Translations under genes and position numbers: made by a program
Assembly (NCBI GenBank): GCA_024693325.1
Contig: JAILLA010000074.1
Span: 2,480 to 66,479 of the forward strand
Source: Solobacterium sp.
GTDB taxonomy: Bacteria; Bacillota_I; Bacilli_A; Erysipelotrichales; Erysipelotrichaceae
Length of the DNA: 64,000 nucleotides
Reading direction: 5' to 3'
The notes under the pieces: generated by a model
The model's input: the letters and a program-made list of their open reading frames with translations, nothing else
Databases searched by the model: none
What the model was told of the DNA's origin: nothing
Shown here: positions 48,645 through 57,506 of the stretch, piece after piece
Position numbering within the stretch: position 1 is the stretch's first letter
Layout of the letters: the number at the start of each line of letters is the position of its first letter

Positions 48645-49772
48645 ATGTGGTACATGAATGAAGAACGTGAACTTCTTCGAAAATCATTCAGGGAATACAC
48701 GGAAAAACGGATCCGTCCGCTTGCAAGGAAACTCGAAGCGGAAGAAGAAAATTCCAGGGAAGCATTGCTGGAAATGGGAAAGCTCGGCATGTTCACCATG
48801 CCCGTACCGGAAGCGGCCGGCGGAACAGGTCCGGACTATATCAGCTGGGGACTTCTGCTGGAAGAGCTCGGCAAAGAAGGCGCGACCTTCGCGTTTCTGG
48901 CACTGCTCAGACAGGTCTTCAACGGACCTATGCAGGCAGCCTGCTCAAAGGAACAGATCGAAAAATATGTCAAGCCGGCAGTCAACGGTGAGTTCCTGAT
49001 CGGTCTTGCCGCAAATGAACCGGCAGGCGGAAACAACATGTTTGAATACCAGACAAAGGCTGTCAGGGACGGCGATGACTGGATCATCAACGGAAGTAAA
49101 GTTCTGGTCACCCAGGCAAGTGAAGTGGATGTGTTCCTGGTCCTTGCACTGACAAGGGATCAGATAGATTTCCGGACGATGGAAGGGATCGATATCTTCT
49201 TTGTACCGACCAGCGACCCCGGTTTCAGAGCCGGTCATATCGAACACAAAGTCGGTCTCAACGGTTCCAATACCGGCAGCGTCTACTTTGACAACATCCG
49301 TGTTCCGGAATCTGACAGACTGCCGTTCCCGATGGCACTGCTCATGGGCTTCGGACCGGAGCTCAGCGGTTATGCCGCGATCGCGCTCGGCGGAGCGGAA
49401 GCGATGATCGCAAAGACAGCAGACTATCTGAAGAACAGAATCCAGATGGGCGTATCCCTGTGGGACGCACATGAATCCGCAAGACATGATCTGGCAAAAC
49501 TTCAGATGGAAGTATACAACTACCGCAATTCCTTATACGGACATCTGGCAAACCGGAACTGCGGTATCCATGACATGCTTGAAGCCGGTGCTCTGAAAGC
49601 AAGTGCAGGACCGCTGTTGGAAAAAGTTGCGGGAGAATGCATGATGCTGATGGGAGGAACAGGTGTCATCCGTGAGACCGGCATCGAACAGTACTGGCGT
49701 GACGCAAAGGCACTGGAGATCGCGTGCTTCAGTGACAAGACATTTACCGGCAATGTTGCCGCATCACTGTAA
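48645..49772 (+). CDS. acyl-CoA dehydrogenase-family flavoprotein (divergent C-terminus)
   Basis: AGGAGGAAG lies before the ATG at 48645. The ACAD layout is present (...LAANEPAGGNNM..., WIINGSK, ...YWRDAK). Confidence 0.75.
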   Translation: MWYMNEERELLRKSFREYTEKRIRPLARKLEAEEENSREALLEMGKLGMFTMPVPEAAGGTGPDYISWGLLLEELGKEGATFAFLALLRQVFNGPMQAACSKEQIEKYVKPAVNGEFLIGLAANEPAGGNNMFEYQTKAVRDGDDWIINGSKVLVTQASEVDVFLVLALTRDQIDFRTMEGIDIFFVPTSDPGFRAGHIEHKVGLNGSNTGSVYFDNIRVPESDRLPFPMALLMGFGPELSGYAAIALGGAEAMIAKTADYLKNRIQMGVSLWDAHESARHDLAKLQMEVYNYRNSLYGHLANRNCGIHDMLEAGALKASAGPLLEKVAGECMMLMGGTGVIRETGIEQYWRDAKALEIACFSDKTFTGNVAASL

Positions 49773-49786
49773 GGAAGGAGCCTGAC

Positions 49787-50587
49787 ATGAAGATTGCAGT
49801 AAGTATCAAGTCCGTACCGGATCCTGAATATTATGAAAAGATCACCATTGACCCTGTTTCCAAGAGACTCGTCAGAGACGGCATTCCGGCAGTGATCAAT
49901 GAAGCTGATCTCCATGCAATAGAAGAAGCCCTCAGGCTGAAGGAAGCCTGCGGAGGGACCATCACGATCGTGTCCATGGGTCCTCCGGCTGCCATCAAGC
50001 AGCTGAAGGAAGCACTTGCGATGGGTTGCGATGAAGCGTATCTGATCTCTGACCGCAAGGTCGGCGGTGCTGATACCCTGGCAACATCCTACACCCTGGC
50101 AAAGACTCTGGAAACGATCGGAAACTTCGATGTCGTGTTCACCGGCAGTGAAAGCGCGGACGGCGCAACAGCCCACGTTCCTTCCCAACTCGGTGTATGG
50201 CTGAAAGCAGCCCATGCGACCAATGTAGTCCATGTATCCGCAGAGGACGGGATCGTTGTTACAAAGCAGTTTGAAAACGGCAGAGGCAGATACAGACTCA
50301 GCACGCCGTGTGTCATCGGTGTGACAGCGAAGGCGAATGAAGTCCGCTTCACAAATGTCCGTGACATCATGGAAGTCAAAAACAAGAAGTGCGTCGTTCT
50401 TTCGGCAGCTGACCTGAAAGATCTCGATGAAAGCCGTCTCGGTCTTCCCGGATCACCTTCCCAGAACGGAGAAGTTGAAGCGATTGAGGCAAACAAGGAA
50501 TGCATCATGCTTGAAGGAAGCGAGAATGAGATCGCTGAAAAGATCGCAGAAATTCTCAAACAGACTGCAGGAAAGGAGACACTCTGA
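49787..50587 (+). CDS. etfB: electron transfer flavoprotein beta subunit
   Basis: MKIAVSIKSVPDPE...NE.DLHAIEEALRLKE...SMGP. Confidence 0.9.
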   Translation: MKIAVSIKSVPDPEYYEKITIDPVSKRLVRDGIPAVINEADLHAIEEALRLKEACGGTITIVSMGPPAAIKQLKEALAMGCDEAYLISDRKVGGADTLATSYTLAKTLETIGNFDVVFTGSESADGATAHVPSQLGVWLKAAHATNVVHVSAEDGIVVTKQFENGRGRYRLSTPCVIGVTAKANEVRFTNVRDIMEVKNKKCVVLSAADLKDLDESRLGLPGSPSQNGEVEAIEANKECIMLEGSENEIAEKIAEILKQTAGKETL

Positions 50588-51567
50588 TGGCAAAGGAAAT
50601 CTGGGTATACGCTGAAATAAACAACGGAACGATCGCACCCGTCACAAAAGAACTGCTTGCCAAGTCCCAGAAACTGGCTGCTGAGATGGGCGGCTATACT
50701 GTTGCGGCAGTCCTGGCCGGCAAAGACAACAAAGCTGCGGAAACACAGCTTGGCAGACTCGGTGCCGAAAAGGTCTACAGTCTGGAACATGAAGGCCTGG
50801 AACACTACAGAGCTGATTTCTATGGCAGCGCACTGGCACAGCTGGTAAAAACATATGAGCCTGAGTACTTCCTGCTCGGTGCCACAGCGATCGGATCAGA
50901 ACTGGCTCCTACAACAGCAGGTCTTCTGGAAACAGGTCTTGCGGCACACTGCATCGACCTGAGATGGAGCGGGGAACGCCTGAACTGCATGGTTCCCGCA
51001 TTCGGCGGAAAGGTCGTCAGTGAGATCTACATTCCCAATGCAAGACCGGTCATGGCAAGCGTCAGACCCGGTATCCTGAATGTTGAGGAAGCACAGGAAA
51101 AAACACCGGAGATCATCCGTGCAGATGCTTCTTTCCTGAATGACGTGACATCCAGCGAAGAATTCCTTGGATTCGAAGAAAACGAATCGAATGGTGCTGA
51201 TATCGAAACTGCAGAGATCGTATTCTCCGCAGGAAGAGGCGCCGCATCCGACGCTTCATGGAATGCCATTCAGAAACTGGCGGAAAAAACAGGCGGAGCC
51301 ATTGCCTGGTCCAGAAGCTTCATCGATACCGGCAGAGTTGAAGACGAATCCTGCATGATCGGAACAAGCGGAAAATCCGTAAAGGCAAAGGTACTGGTCA
51401 ATGCCGGGATCTCCGGAGCTGCCCAGTATGTCTGCGGTATCAATAAGTGCCGTACGATCATCTCCATCAACAAGACTCCGAACGCGGCGATCTTCGCGCA
51501 TTCCGATTACGGTGTTGTAGGTGATGCGGACAGGATCCTGCCGGCTGTTCTTGCAAAGCTGCAGTGA
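50587..51567 (+). CDS. etfA: electron transfer flavoprotein alpha subunit
   Basis: The start overlaps the etfB stop. The C-terminal FAD-binding motif is GISGAAQYVCGI. Confidence 0.9.
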   Translation: MAKEIWVYAEINNGTIAPVTKELLAKSQKLAAEMGGYTVAAVLAGKDNKAAETQLGRLGAEKVYSLEHEGLEHYRADFYGSALAQLVKTYEPEYFLLGATAIGSELAPTTAGLLETGLAAHCIDLRWSGERLNCMVPAFGGKVVSEIYIPNARPVMASVRPGILNVEEAQEKTPEIIRADASFLNDVTSSEEFLGFEENESNGADIETAEIVFSAGRGAASDASWNAIQKLAEKTGGAIAWSRSFIDTGRVEDESCMIGTSGKSVKAKVLVNAGISGAAQYVCGINKCRTIISINKTPNAAIFAHSDYGVVGDADRILPAVLAKLQ

Positions 51568-51589
51568 TCCAAAGAATAAAACATCATAG

Positions 51590-51613
51590 CTCCCGGCAGG
51601 CTGCCGGGAGTTT
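51590..51613 (+). terminator. putative terminator after etfA
   Basis: CTCCCGGCAG/CTGCCGGGAG stem, followed only by TTT. Confidence 0.5.
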
Positions 51614-51633
51614 GACCATCAGGAGGTAAAGAA

Positions 51634-52515
51634 ATGCATTTTACGGAACCTGTATACAGAAACCCTTACTGGCCGACCTGGCCGCTGCTGGAGATCACCA
51701 GAGGTTGTACGCATAACAAATGCAAATTCTGCACGATGTACAAAGGCGTACCGTTCGGCATGACACCGATGGAGATCATTGAAGAGGACCTGAAGGAACT
51801 TGCACAGGACATGCCGCATGCCCGTACCATACAGCTGCTCAGTGCAAATCCGATCGCATTGAGCTATGACCGGCTCGCTCCGGTACTGGAAAAGATCAAT
51901 GAATACCTTCCGGAGATCCGGTATATCTACGCTGCCACAAGAGTTACCGATATCTCAAACAAAAGCGTGGAACAGCTGAAGAAGCTGAAAGATCTCGGTA
52001 TGAGGGAGATCTCCCTCGGCGTGGAAAGCGGGGATGACCGTGTACTGGACAGGATCAGGAAAGGATATCATTCAGCGGATATCATCGAGCAGTGCGCAAA
52101 GCTGGATGAAGCAGGCATTGCCTACTGGATGACATTCCTCAACGGAACAGGCGGAAGAGAACTGAGCCATGATCATGCCGTACACTCGGCAGAGATCTTC
52201 TCACAGTGTCATCCGATGACCATCGGGACTGGCGGACTGGTACTGTTCCCCGGAACGGAACTGCTTGCAGAAGCAGAACGCGGGGAATTCGACCCGCTGA
52301 GCGAAAAAGAAATGCTGGAAGAACTCCGCAAATTTGCAGAACAACTGACATGTGACTGCCGGTTCATCACGCATCATACGATCTCCGGCAGAAACCTCAG
52401 CACATCTGATTTCCTGAAGGATAAAGCTCTGATCCTTTCCGAACTGGACAGACAGATCCAAAAAGGGGATACAGACCTGATGGCCCGGATCCGTCACAGC
52501 AAGCGCACATTGTAA
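51634..52515 (+). CDS. radical SAM protein
   Basis: The cluster motif reads RGCTHNKCKFC. The later pattern is TIM-barrel-like (ISLGVESGDDRVL). Confidence 0.75.
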   Translation: MHFTEPVYRNPYWPTWPLLEITRGCTHNKCKFCTMYKGVPFGMTPMEIIEEDLKELAQDMPHARTIQLLSANPIALSYDRLAPVLEKINEYLPEIRYIYAATRVTDISNKSVEQLKKLKDLGMREISLGVESGDDRVLDRIRKGYHSADIIEQCAKLDEAGIAYWMTFLNGTGGRELSHDHAVHSAEIFSQCHPMTIGTGGLVLFPGTELLAEAERGEFDPLSEKEMLEELRKFAEQLTCDCRFITHHTISGRNLSTSDFLKDKALILSELDRQIQKGDTDLMARIRHSKRTL

Positions 52516-52572
52516 TGAGCACATTTTTCCGGAATCGATCAGAAAACAAAAAGAATACGCGTAAGGAAAACA

Positions 52573-52638
52573 GGAGGCTTCAGCCAACAGGATACTGATG
52601 ATCATTCATCAGATATCAGAAGGCTGAGCCTCCTTTTA
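52573..52638 (+). terminator. long compound hairpin followed by TTTT
   Basis: GGAGGCTTCAGCC...GGCTGAGCCTCC encloses an inner CTGATGA/TCATCAG stem. Confidence 0.55.
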
Positions 52639-52716
52639 TGTCTTACGGTCATGGATACCCGTCTATGACTGTCCATATGGTATATTGGAAGCAGAGATAC
52701 ACGGAGGCATCAGATC

Positions 52717-55233
52717 ATGCAGTATATAGAATTTCCGAGCGTCACGATCCCGATCCAGGGACTTGATGACGTTGTTTTGCCGGATATGGTAAGGATCCGG
52801 CAGAAGTTCAGTTCTGACAGGATCACGGATATTCCCGATCACCTGAAAAAAGAACTGGGAAAACATGATTACGCTTCACTTGTCAGAGGAAAACGGATCG
52901 CCGTTACCGTCGGAAGCAGGGGGATCCCCGATAATGCCCTGATCGTCAGAACGATCTGTGAACAGCTGAAGGAATGGGGAGCCTGTCCTTTCATCGTGCC
53001 TGCCATGGGCAGCCATGGCGGAGGTACGGCAGAAGGCAACCTGGAGATCCTGGAAGGCTACGGCATCACAGAAGAAAACATCGGCGTGCCTGTCTGTGCA
53101 TCCATGGATGTCGTACAGATCGGGACACTGGATGATGAAGCACAGACACCGGTCTACTGCGACCGTCTGGCATATGAAGCAGACGGGATCGTCGTATACA
53201 ACAAGGTCAAGCCGCATACGGACTTCAAAGGAGAACATGAGAGCGGTCTTCTGAAAATGATGGCGATCGGACTGGCAAAGCATAAAGGATGCTCGGAACT
53301 GCATAAACGCGGATTCGATACATTTGCAGAGAACATTCCCAGATCTGCGGGAGTATTCCTGGAAAAGATGAATGTTGTATTTGCGGTAGGCGTCGTACAG
53401 AACGCGTATGATCAGATCTCCGATTTGAAGGTATACCCGCATGATGAGATCATTGACGGGGACGCGGAACTGCTTAAGATCGCAAAGGAACGGTTCCCGC
53501 GTTTCCGCTTTGACAATATCGATGTGCTGGTCATTGACCGGATCGGCAAGGATATTTCCGGAGAAGGGGCAGACCCGAATGTGACAGGCAGGGGATTCAT
53601 GCCGTACTTCAAGGATGACTTCCATACAAAGAGACTGTTCATCCGGGGTCTGAGTGAAGGGAGCCACCATAATGCGTGCGGTCTGGGACTGGCGGATATC
53701 ACTACCCGCAGATGCCTGAATTCCGTAGACTGGGAAAGCACATGGATCAACGTCACGACAAACCTGATGATCGACGGGGGAAAGATCCCGTTCTATATGA
53801 ACAATGACTATGACGCCTTGCGTACAGCATTGCGGACATGCCCGCGTATCGACTATGCAAAAGCACGGATCGCCAGGATCCGCGATACCCTGTCCCTGAA
53901 TGAGTTCGAAGTGTCAAAGGCACTGGCTGAATCATTGAAGGATGTTCCTGATATTGAATTCCTGAGTGAGCCTTATCCTCTGCAGTTTGATGAAGAAGGC
54001 TTCCTGGAAGATCTTAAACAATGTATAAAGATGAAAACAAAGCTGATGATCATCGCAGACGACATGACCGGTACACTGGATACAGGCATACAGTTTACCA
54101 AACAGGGGATCACGGTATCTGTCATCATAGATCCGGAGTTTCTGTCCGGAACCGTCATGACAGACTGTGAAGTACTGGCTGTCAACAGCAGTTCCCGTCA
54201 TCTGCCGCCTAAGCAGGCATTTGATGCCGTATACCGGATCGCTGCCCTGGGCAGACAGGCAGGGATCCCATACATATATAAAAAGACGGATTCCGTATTG
54301 AGAGGAAATATCGGTGCGGAACTCAGCGCGGTGCTGCTGGCATCAGGAGAACAGAGTCTTGCCTTTGTCCCTTCCTACCCGGCAATGAAGCGCGTCACAA
54401 AAAACGGCATTCATTATGTAGACGGCGTTCCGCTGTCGGACAGTATCTTCGGCCGGGATCCGTTTAATCCGGTCACGGAATCGGATGTCGCAGAACTGAT
54501 CCGTAAACAGACCGAAGTGCCTGCCGGCAGGCTGGATGAGACGAACGGAGAAGGCATCATCATTGTAGATGGCAGCAGTGATGAGGAACTGCATGAGGCG
54601 GGTGTACAGCTCAAGCAGGCAGGACTGCTGAAGGTCAGCGCAGGCTGTGCCGGATTCGCGAAATTCCTGCCGGAACTGCTGGAACTGAAAACAGAGGATG
54701 TCCCGGAGATACCCGATCCGGGAGATCGCCTGCTCGTGATATCGGGAAGCCTGAATCCCGTCACACTGCTTCAGCTGGATGAAGCGGAAGCCTGCGGCTT
54801 CCGGAGGATCCGCCTGAGTGCTGAGCAGAAGTATGATGCTATGCATGCAGAACTTCCACAGATCAGTGAACCATGGATGATCCTGGACTCATCGGACTGT
54901 GAAGAAAACAGGTTCAGCAGATCTGAAGGAAACAGGGAAATGCTCCGCAGTACGATTTCAGACAATATCGGCATCCTGGTCTCCGGTATGCTTGAAAAAT
55001 ACGATGGTACGTTCATGATCATCGGCGGCGACACGCTGCAGGCATGCCTGAAACAGCTGGGATGCACATCAATGAAAATGATCACGGAAGTCTTCCCCGG
55101 TGTCGTATTATCTGAGATCACGATCAACGGAACAGAACGTCTTCTCTTCAGCAAGTCCGGCGGATTCGGACAGGAAACACTGCTGAAAGACCTGAAACAA
55201 TGGATGGAGGAAAAACATCATGAGAGAAACTGA
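52717..55233 (+). CDS. fusion protein: N-terminal LarA-like (Lar_N/DUF2088-type, tentative) domain plus C-terminal four-carbon acid-sugar kinase (DUF1537)
   Basis: AMGSHGG and KVKPH align with ATGCHR and IEPH of the larA paralog in this window. The C-terminal half begins LMIIADDMTGTLDTGIQF, the DUF1537 signature. Confidence 0.7.
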   Translation: MQYIEFPSVTIPIQGLDDVVLPDMVRIRQKFSSDRITDIPDHLKKELGKHDYASLVRGKRIAVTVGSRGIPDNALIVRTICEQLKEWGACPFIVPAMGSHGGGTAEGNLEILEGYGITEENIGVPVCASMDVVQIGTLDDEAQTPVYCDRLAYEADGIVVYNKVKPHTDFKGEHESGLLKMMAIGLAKHKGCSELHKRGFDTFAENIPRSAGVFLEKMNVVFAVGVVQNAYDQISDLKVYPHDEIIDGDAELLKIAKERFPRFRFDNIDVLVIDRIGKDISGEGADPNVTGRGFMPYFKDDFHTKRLFIRGLSEGSHHNACGLGLADITTRRCLNSVDWESTWINVTTNLMIDGGKIPFYMNNDYDALRTALRTCPRIDYAKARIARIRDTLSLNEFEVSKALAESLKDVPDIEFLSEPYPLQFDEEGFLEDLKQCIKMKTKLMIIADDMTGTLDTGIQFTKQGITVSVIIDPEFLSGTVMTDCEVLAVNSSSRHLPPKQAFDAVYRIAALGRQAGIPYIYKKTDSVLRGNIGAELSAVLLASGEQSLAFVPSYPAMKRVTKNGIHYVDGVPLSDSIFGRDPFNPVTESDVAELIRKQTEVPAGRLDETNGEGIIIVDGSSDEELHEAGVQLKQAGLLKVSAGCAGFAKFLPELLELKTEDVPEIPDPGDRLLVISGSLNPVTLLQLDEAEACGFRRIRLSAEQKYDAMHAELPQISEPWMILDSSDCEENRFSRSEGNREMLRSTISDNIGILVSGMLEKYDGTFMIIGGDTLQACLKQLGCTSMKMITEVFPGVVLSEITINGTERLLFSKSGGFGQETLLKDLKQWMEEKHHERN

Positions 55234-56263
55234 AAGACCGCTGCTGGCAATTACAATGGGAGATCCCGCTTCGATCGGACCGGAGATCACCGTAAAGGCA
55301 CTGACAGACCCGGAAGTCCTGGAAAAATGCAGGCCTCTGATCGTCGGCGATGCCTGCATGATGGAACAGGCACTGGATATTACCGGTCACAAAGAGATGA
55401 AGATCCATGCTGTATCCTCACCTGCAGAAGCATTGTTTGAAAACGGGACCATCGATGTACTGGATATGAAACTGGTCAATGCGGAAACACTGCCTTTAGG
55501 CAAAGTGTCCGCGGAAGCAGGGGAAGCAGCTTTCCGGTATGTGGAAAAAGCAATTGAACTAGCCATGAACAATGAAGCCGATGGTACGGTCACCAATGCC
55601 CTGAACAAGGAAGCGATGAACATTGCCGGACATCATTTTGCCGGTCATACCGAGATCTATGCCCACTATACGCATACGGACAAATACACGATGATGCTGG
55701 CACTGGGCAATATGCGGGTCGTCCATGTGTCCACCCATGTTTCACTGCGTGAGGCATGCGACAGGGTCAAAAAGGCACGTGTCCTGGAAGTGATCAGGAT
55801 CGCGCATCAGGCTTGCCTGGACCTGGGAATCGGACATCCGAAAATAGGTGTTGCCGGCCTGAACCCCCACAGCGGGGAGAATGGACTGTTTGGGACGGAA
55901 GAGATCGAAGAGATTATTCCGGCGATCAAAGCAGCCCGTGCGGAAGGCATGGATGTGGAAGGACCGGTACCGCCGGATACGATCTTCTCAAAGGCAAGAG
56001 GCGGATGGTACGACATCGTCGTAGCCATGTACCATGACCAGGGACATATCCCCATGAAACTGGTCGGATTTGTATATGACCAGGACAGCGGAAAATGGCA
56101 GTCGGTGGAGGGCGTAAACATTACATTGGGTCTTCCGATCGTCCGTGTATCCGTGGACCACGGGACTGCATTCGATCAGGCAGGAAAGGGGACAGCTGAT
56201 GCCTCAAGCCTGAAGAACGCGATCGACTACGCGGCAAGATTTGCCTGCCAGCGCAGAAAATAA
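55220..56263 (+). CDS. PdxA-family NAD-dependent 4-phospho-hydroxyacid dehydrogenase (PdxA2-like)
   Basis: ITMGDPASIGPEI, GHTE, NPHSGENG and the HDQG motif region. Overlaps the kinase stop by 14 nt. Confidence 0.85.
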   Translation: MRETERPLLAITMGDPASIGPEITVKALTDPEVLEKCRPLIVGDACMMEQALDITGHKEMKIHAVSSPAEALFENGTIDVLDMKLVNAETLPLGKVSAEAGEAAFRYVEKAIELAMNNEADGTVTNALNKEAMNIAGHHFAGHTEIYAHYTHTDKYTMMLALGNMRVVHVSTHVSLREACDRVKKARVLEVIRIAHQACLDLGIGHPKIGVAGLNPHSGENGLFGTEEIEEIIPAIKAARAEGMDVEGPVPPDTIFSKARGGWYDIVVAMYHDQGHIPMKLVGFVYDQDSGKWQSVEGVNITLGLPIVRVSVDHGTAFDQAGKGTADASSLKNAIDYAARFACQRRK

Positions 56264-56270
56264 ACTCTGT

Positions 56271-56297
56271 ACAGCATGCCGGGGGCATGCTGTTTTC
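56271..56297 (+). terminator. intrinsic terminator
   Basis: ACAGCATGC / GCATGCTGT stem followed by TTTT. Confidence 0.75.
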
Positions 56298-56302
56298 AGG
56301 AA

Positions 56303-56325
56303 GAAAAAGATCCCAAACGGGATCC
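56303..56325 (-). terminator. intrinsic terminator after the flavin reductase gene
   Basis: The minus strand reads GGATCCCGTTTGGGATCTTTTTC. Confidence 0.7.
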
Positions 56326-56358
56326 TATTCGTAAACAGCACGCTTAATGATGATCTTC

Positions 56359-56949
56359 TTATTTCTTCAGCATCAGATCTTTGCCGGCATTCCAGGCCTG
56401 TCCGGCTTTTTCTCCGGTCAGGTAATATCCGTTGCGGAACTGGTCGAACATTAAGGCATGGAGCTTTGTGACATCGACCTTGCCTTTTTCATCCAGGACT
56501 TCTTCGTTGGCTTTCACATTGACAATTCTTCCGACGATCGCAGAAACATACTCGTCCTTAAGGTGTTCCAGCAGTTCGCATTCCATGACAACAGGGAACT
56601 CTTCAATGATCGGCGCGTTGACTTTGTCGCTCTTTACGGCATGATATCCGGTCCGCTCAAACTTATCATCGATCTTGTTTCCGGAGGCGATCCCGAAGAA
56701 GTCCGCTGCGTCCATATGTGCTTCATCAGCTAGCGCAACAGTGAAAGCTTTGCTGTGCATGATATTCAGCCATGTCTTTTTTCCTTCTCCGATAAAGAGG
56801 ATGATCTTATCTTCATCAGCGATCTGTCCCCATGCGACGTTCATCACATTGACCTTATTGTTTTCATCGTATGCCGCGACCATCAGTACAGGCATCGGAT
56901 ATACTGCTTCAATGACTCCTAAATCTTTTTTCATTTTCATCTTTTCCAA
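56359..56949 (-). CDS. flavin reductase-like (FMN-binding split barrel) protein
   Basis: PMPVLMVAAYDENNKVNVMNVAWG pattern. Confidence 0.8.
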   Translation of the reverse strand: MEKMKMKKDLGVIEAVYPMPVLMVAAYDENNKVNVMNVAWGQIADEDKIILFIGEGKKTWLNIMHSKAFTVALADEAHMDAADFFGIASGNKIDDKFERTGYHAVKSDKVNAPIIEEFPVVMECELLEHLKDEYVSAIVGRIVNVKANEEVLDEKGKVDVTKLHALMFDQFRNGYYLTGEKAGQAWNAGKDLMLKK

Positions 56950-57054
56950 GAGACTGCCGGTCTCTTGTTTCCTTTCTGTCTGGATGGTATCATTTCACTT
57001 GTGAAATGAATAGTACCAACAATATTGTTAGGTACTTACCAAAAGGTAAGCAAT

Positions 57055-57396
57055 ATGACAAAAGATATCAGAAAAGCGGATTTTTATGAGACAGGATACA
57101 GCTATACACTTTCATTGATCTCAGGCAAATACAAACCCATTATTCTCTACTGTTTAATGGAATATGAACCGGTGCGGTTCAATGAAATGCAGCGTTATTT
57201 AAAGAATGTCGCAGATAAAACACTGAGCCAGAATCTGAAAGAGCTGGAAACAGACGGACTGATCATCCGTACAGTCTATCCGCAGATACCGCCGAAAGTG
57301 GAGTATACGCTCACGGAAAAAGGGCACTCACTGGTAAATGTACTGGATAAACTATGTGACTGGGGAAATGAGAACAGGCCTGCCGGACACGATTGA
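57055..57396 (+). CDS. HxlR-family transcriptional regulator
   Basis: GKYKPIILYCL...RFNEMQR......LSQNLKELE.DGLI.R..YPQIPPKVEYTLTEKG. Confidence 0.85.
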   Translation: MTKDIRKADFYETGYSYTLSLISGKYKPIILYCLMEYEPVRFNEMQRYLKNVADKTLSQNLKELETDGLIIRTVYPQIPPKVEYTLTEKGHSLVNVLDKLCDWGNENRPAGHD

Positions 57397-57441
57397 GCAT
57401 GACATATCGGTATGATCATGAATTCTCAGACAGAACAAACA

Positions 57442-57505
57442 GAAAAGAGGATGTCATCAGACTGAACAGTATTTGAAACTGTTCGCTGATGAGTCCTCTT
57501 TTTTG
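57442..57505. terminator. bidirectional compound terminator
   Basis: AAAAGAGGATGTCATCAG...CTGATGAGTCCTCTTTTTT with an inner GAACAGT/ACTGTTC stem. Confidence 0.65.
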
Positions 57506-57506
57506 A

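Noticed and set aside
49520-50805. 237-aa and 238-aa minus-strand ORFs over the ACAD/etfB/etfA genes
   Set aside because: They are antisense to genes with unmistakable ETF/ACAD signatures, so they are compositional artefacts.
52876-53670. 264-aa minus-strand ORF inside the LarA-like/kinase fusion gene
   Set aside because: It is an antisense shadow ORF. The plus-strand frame is continuous for 838 codons with recognisable domains.
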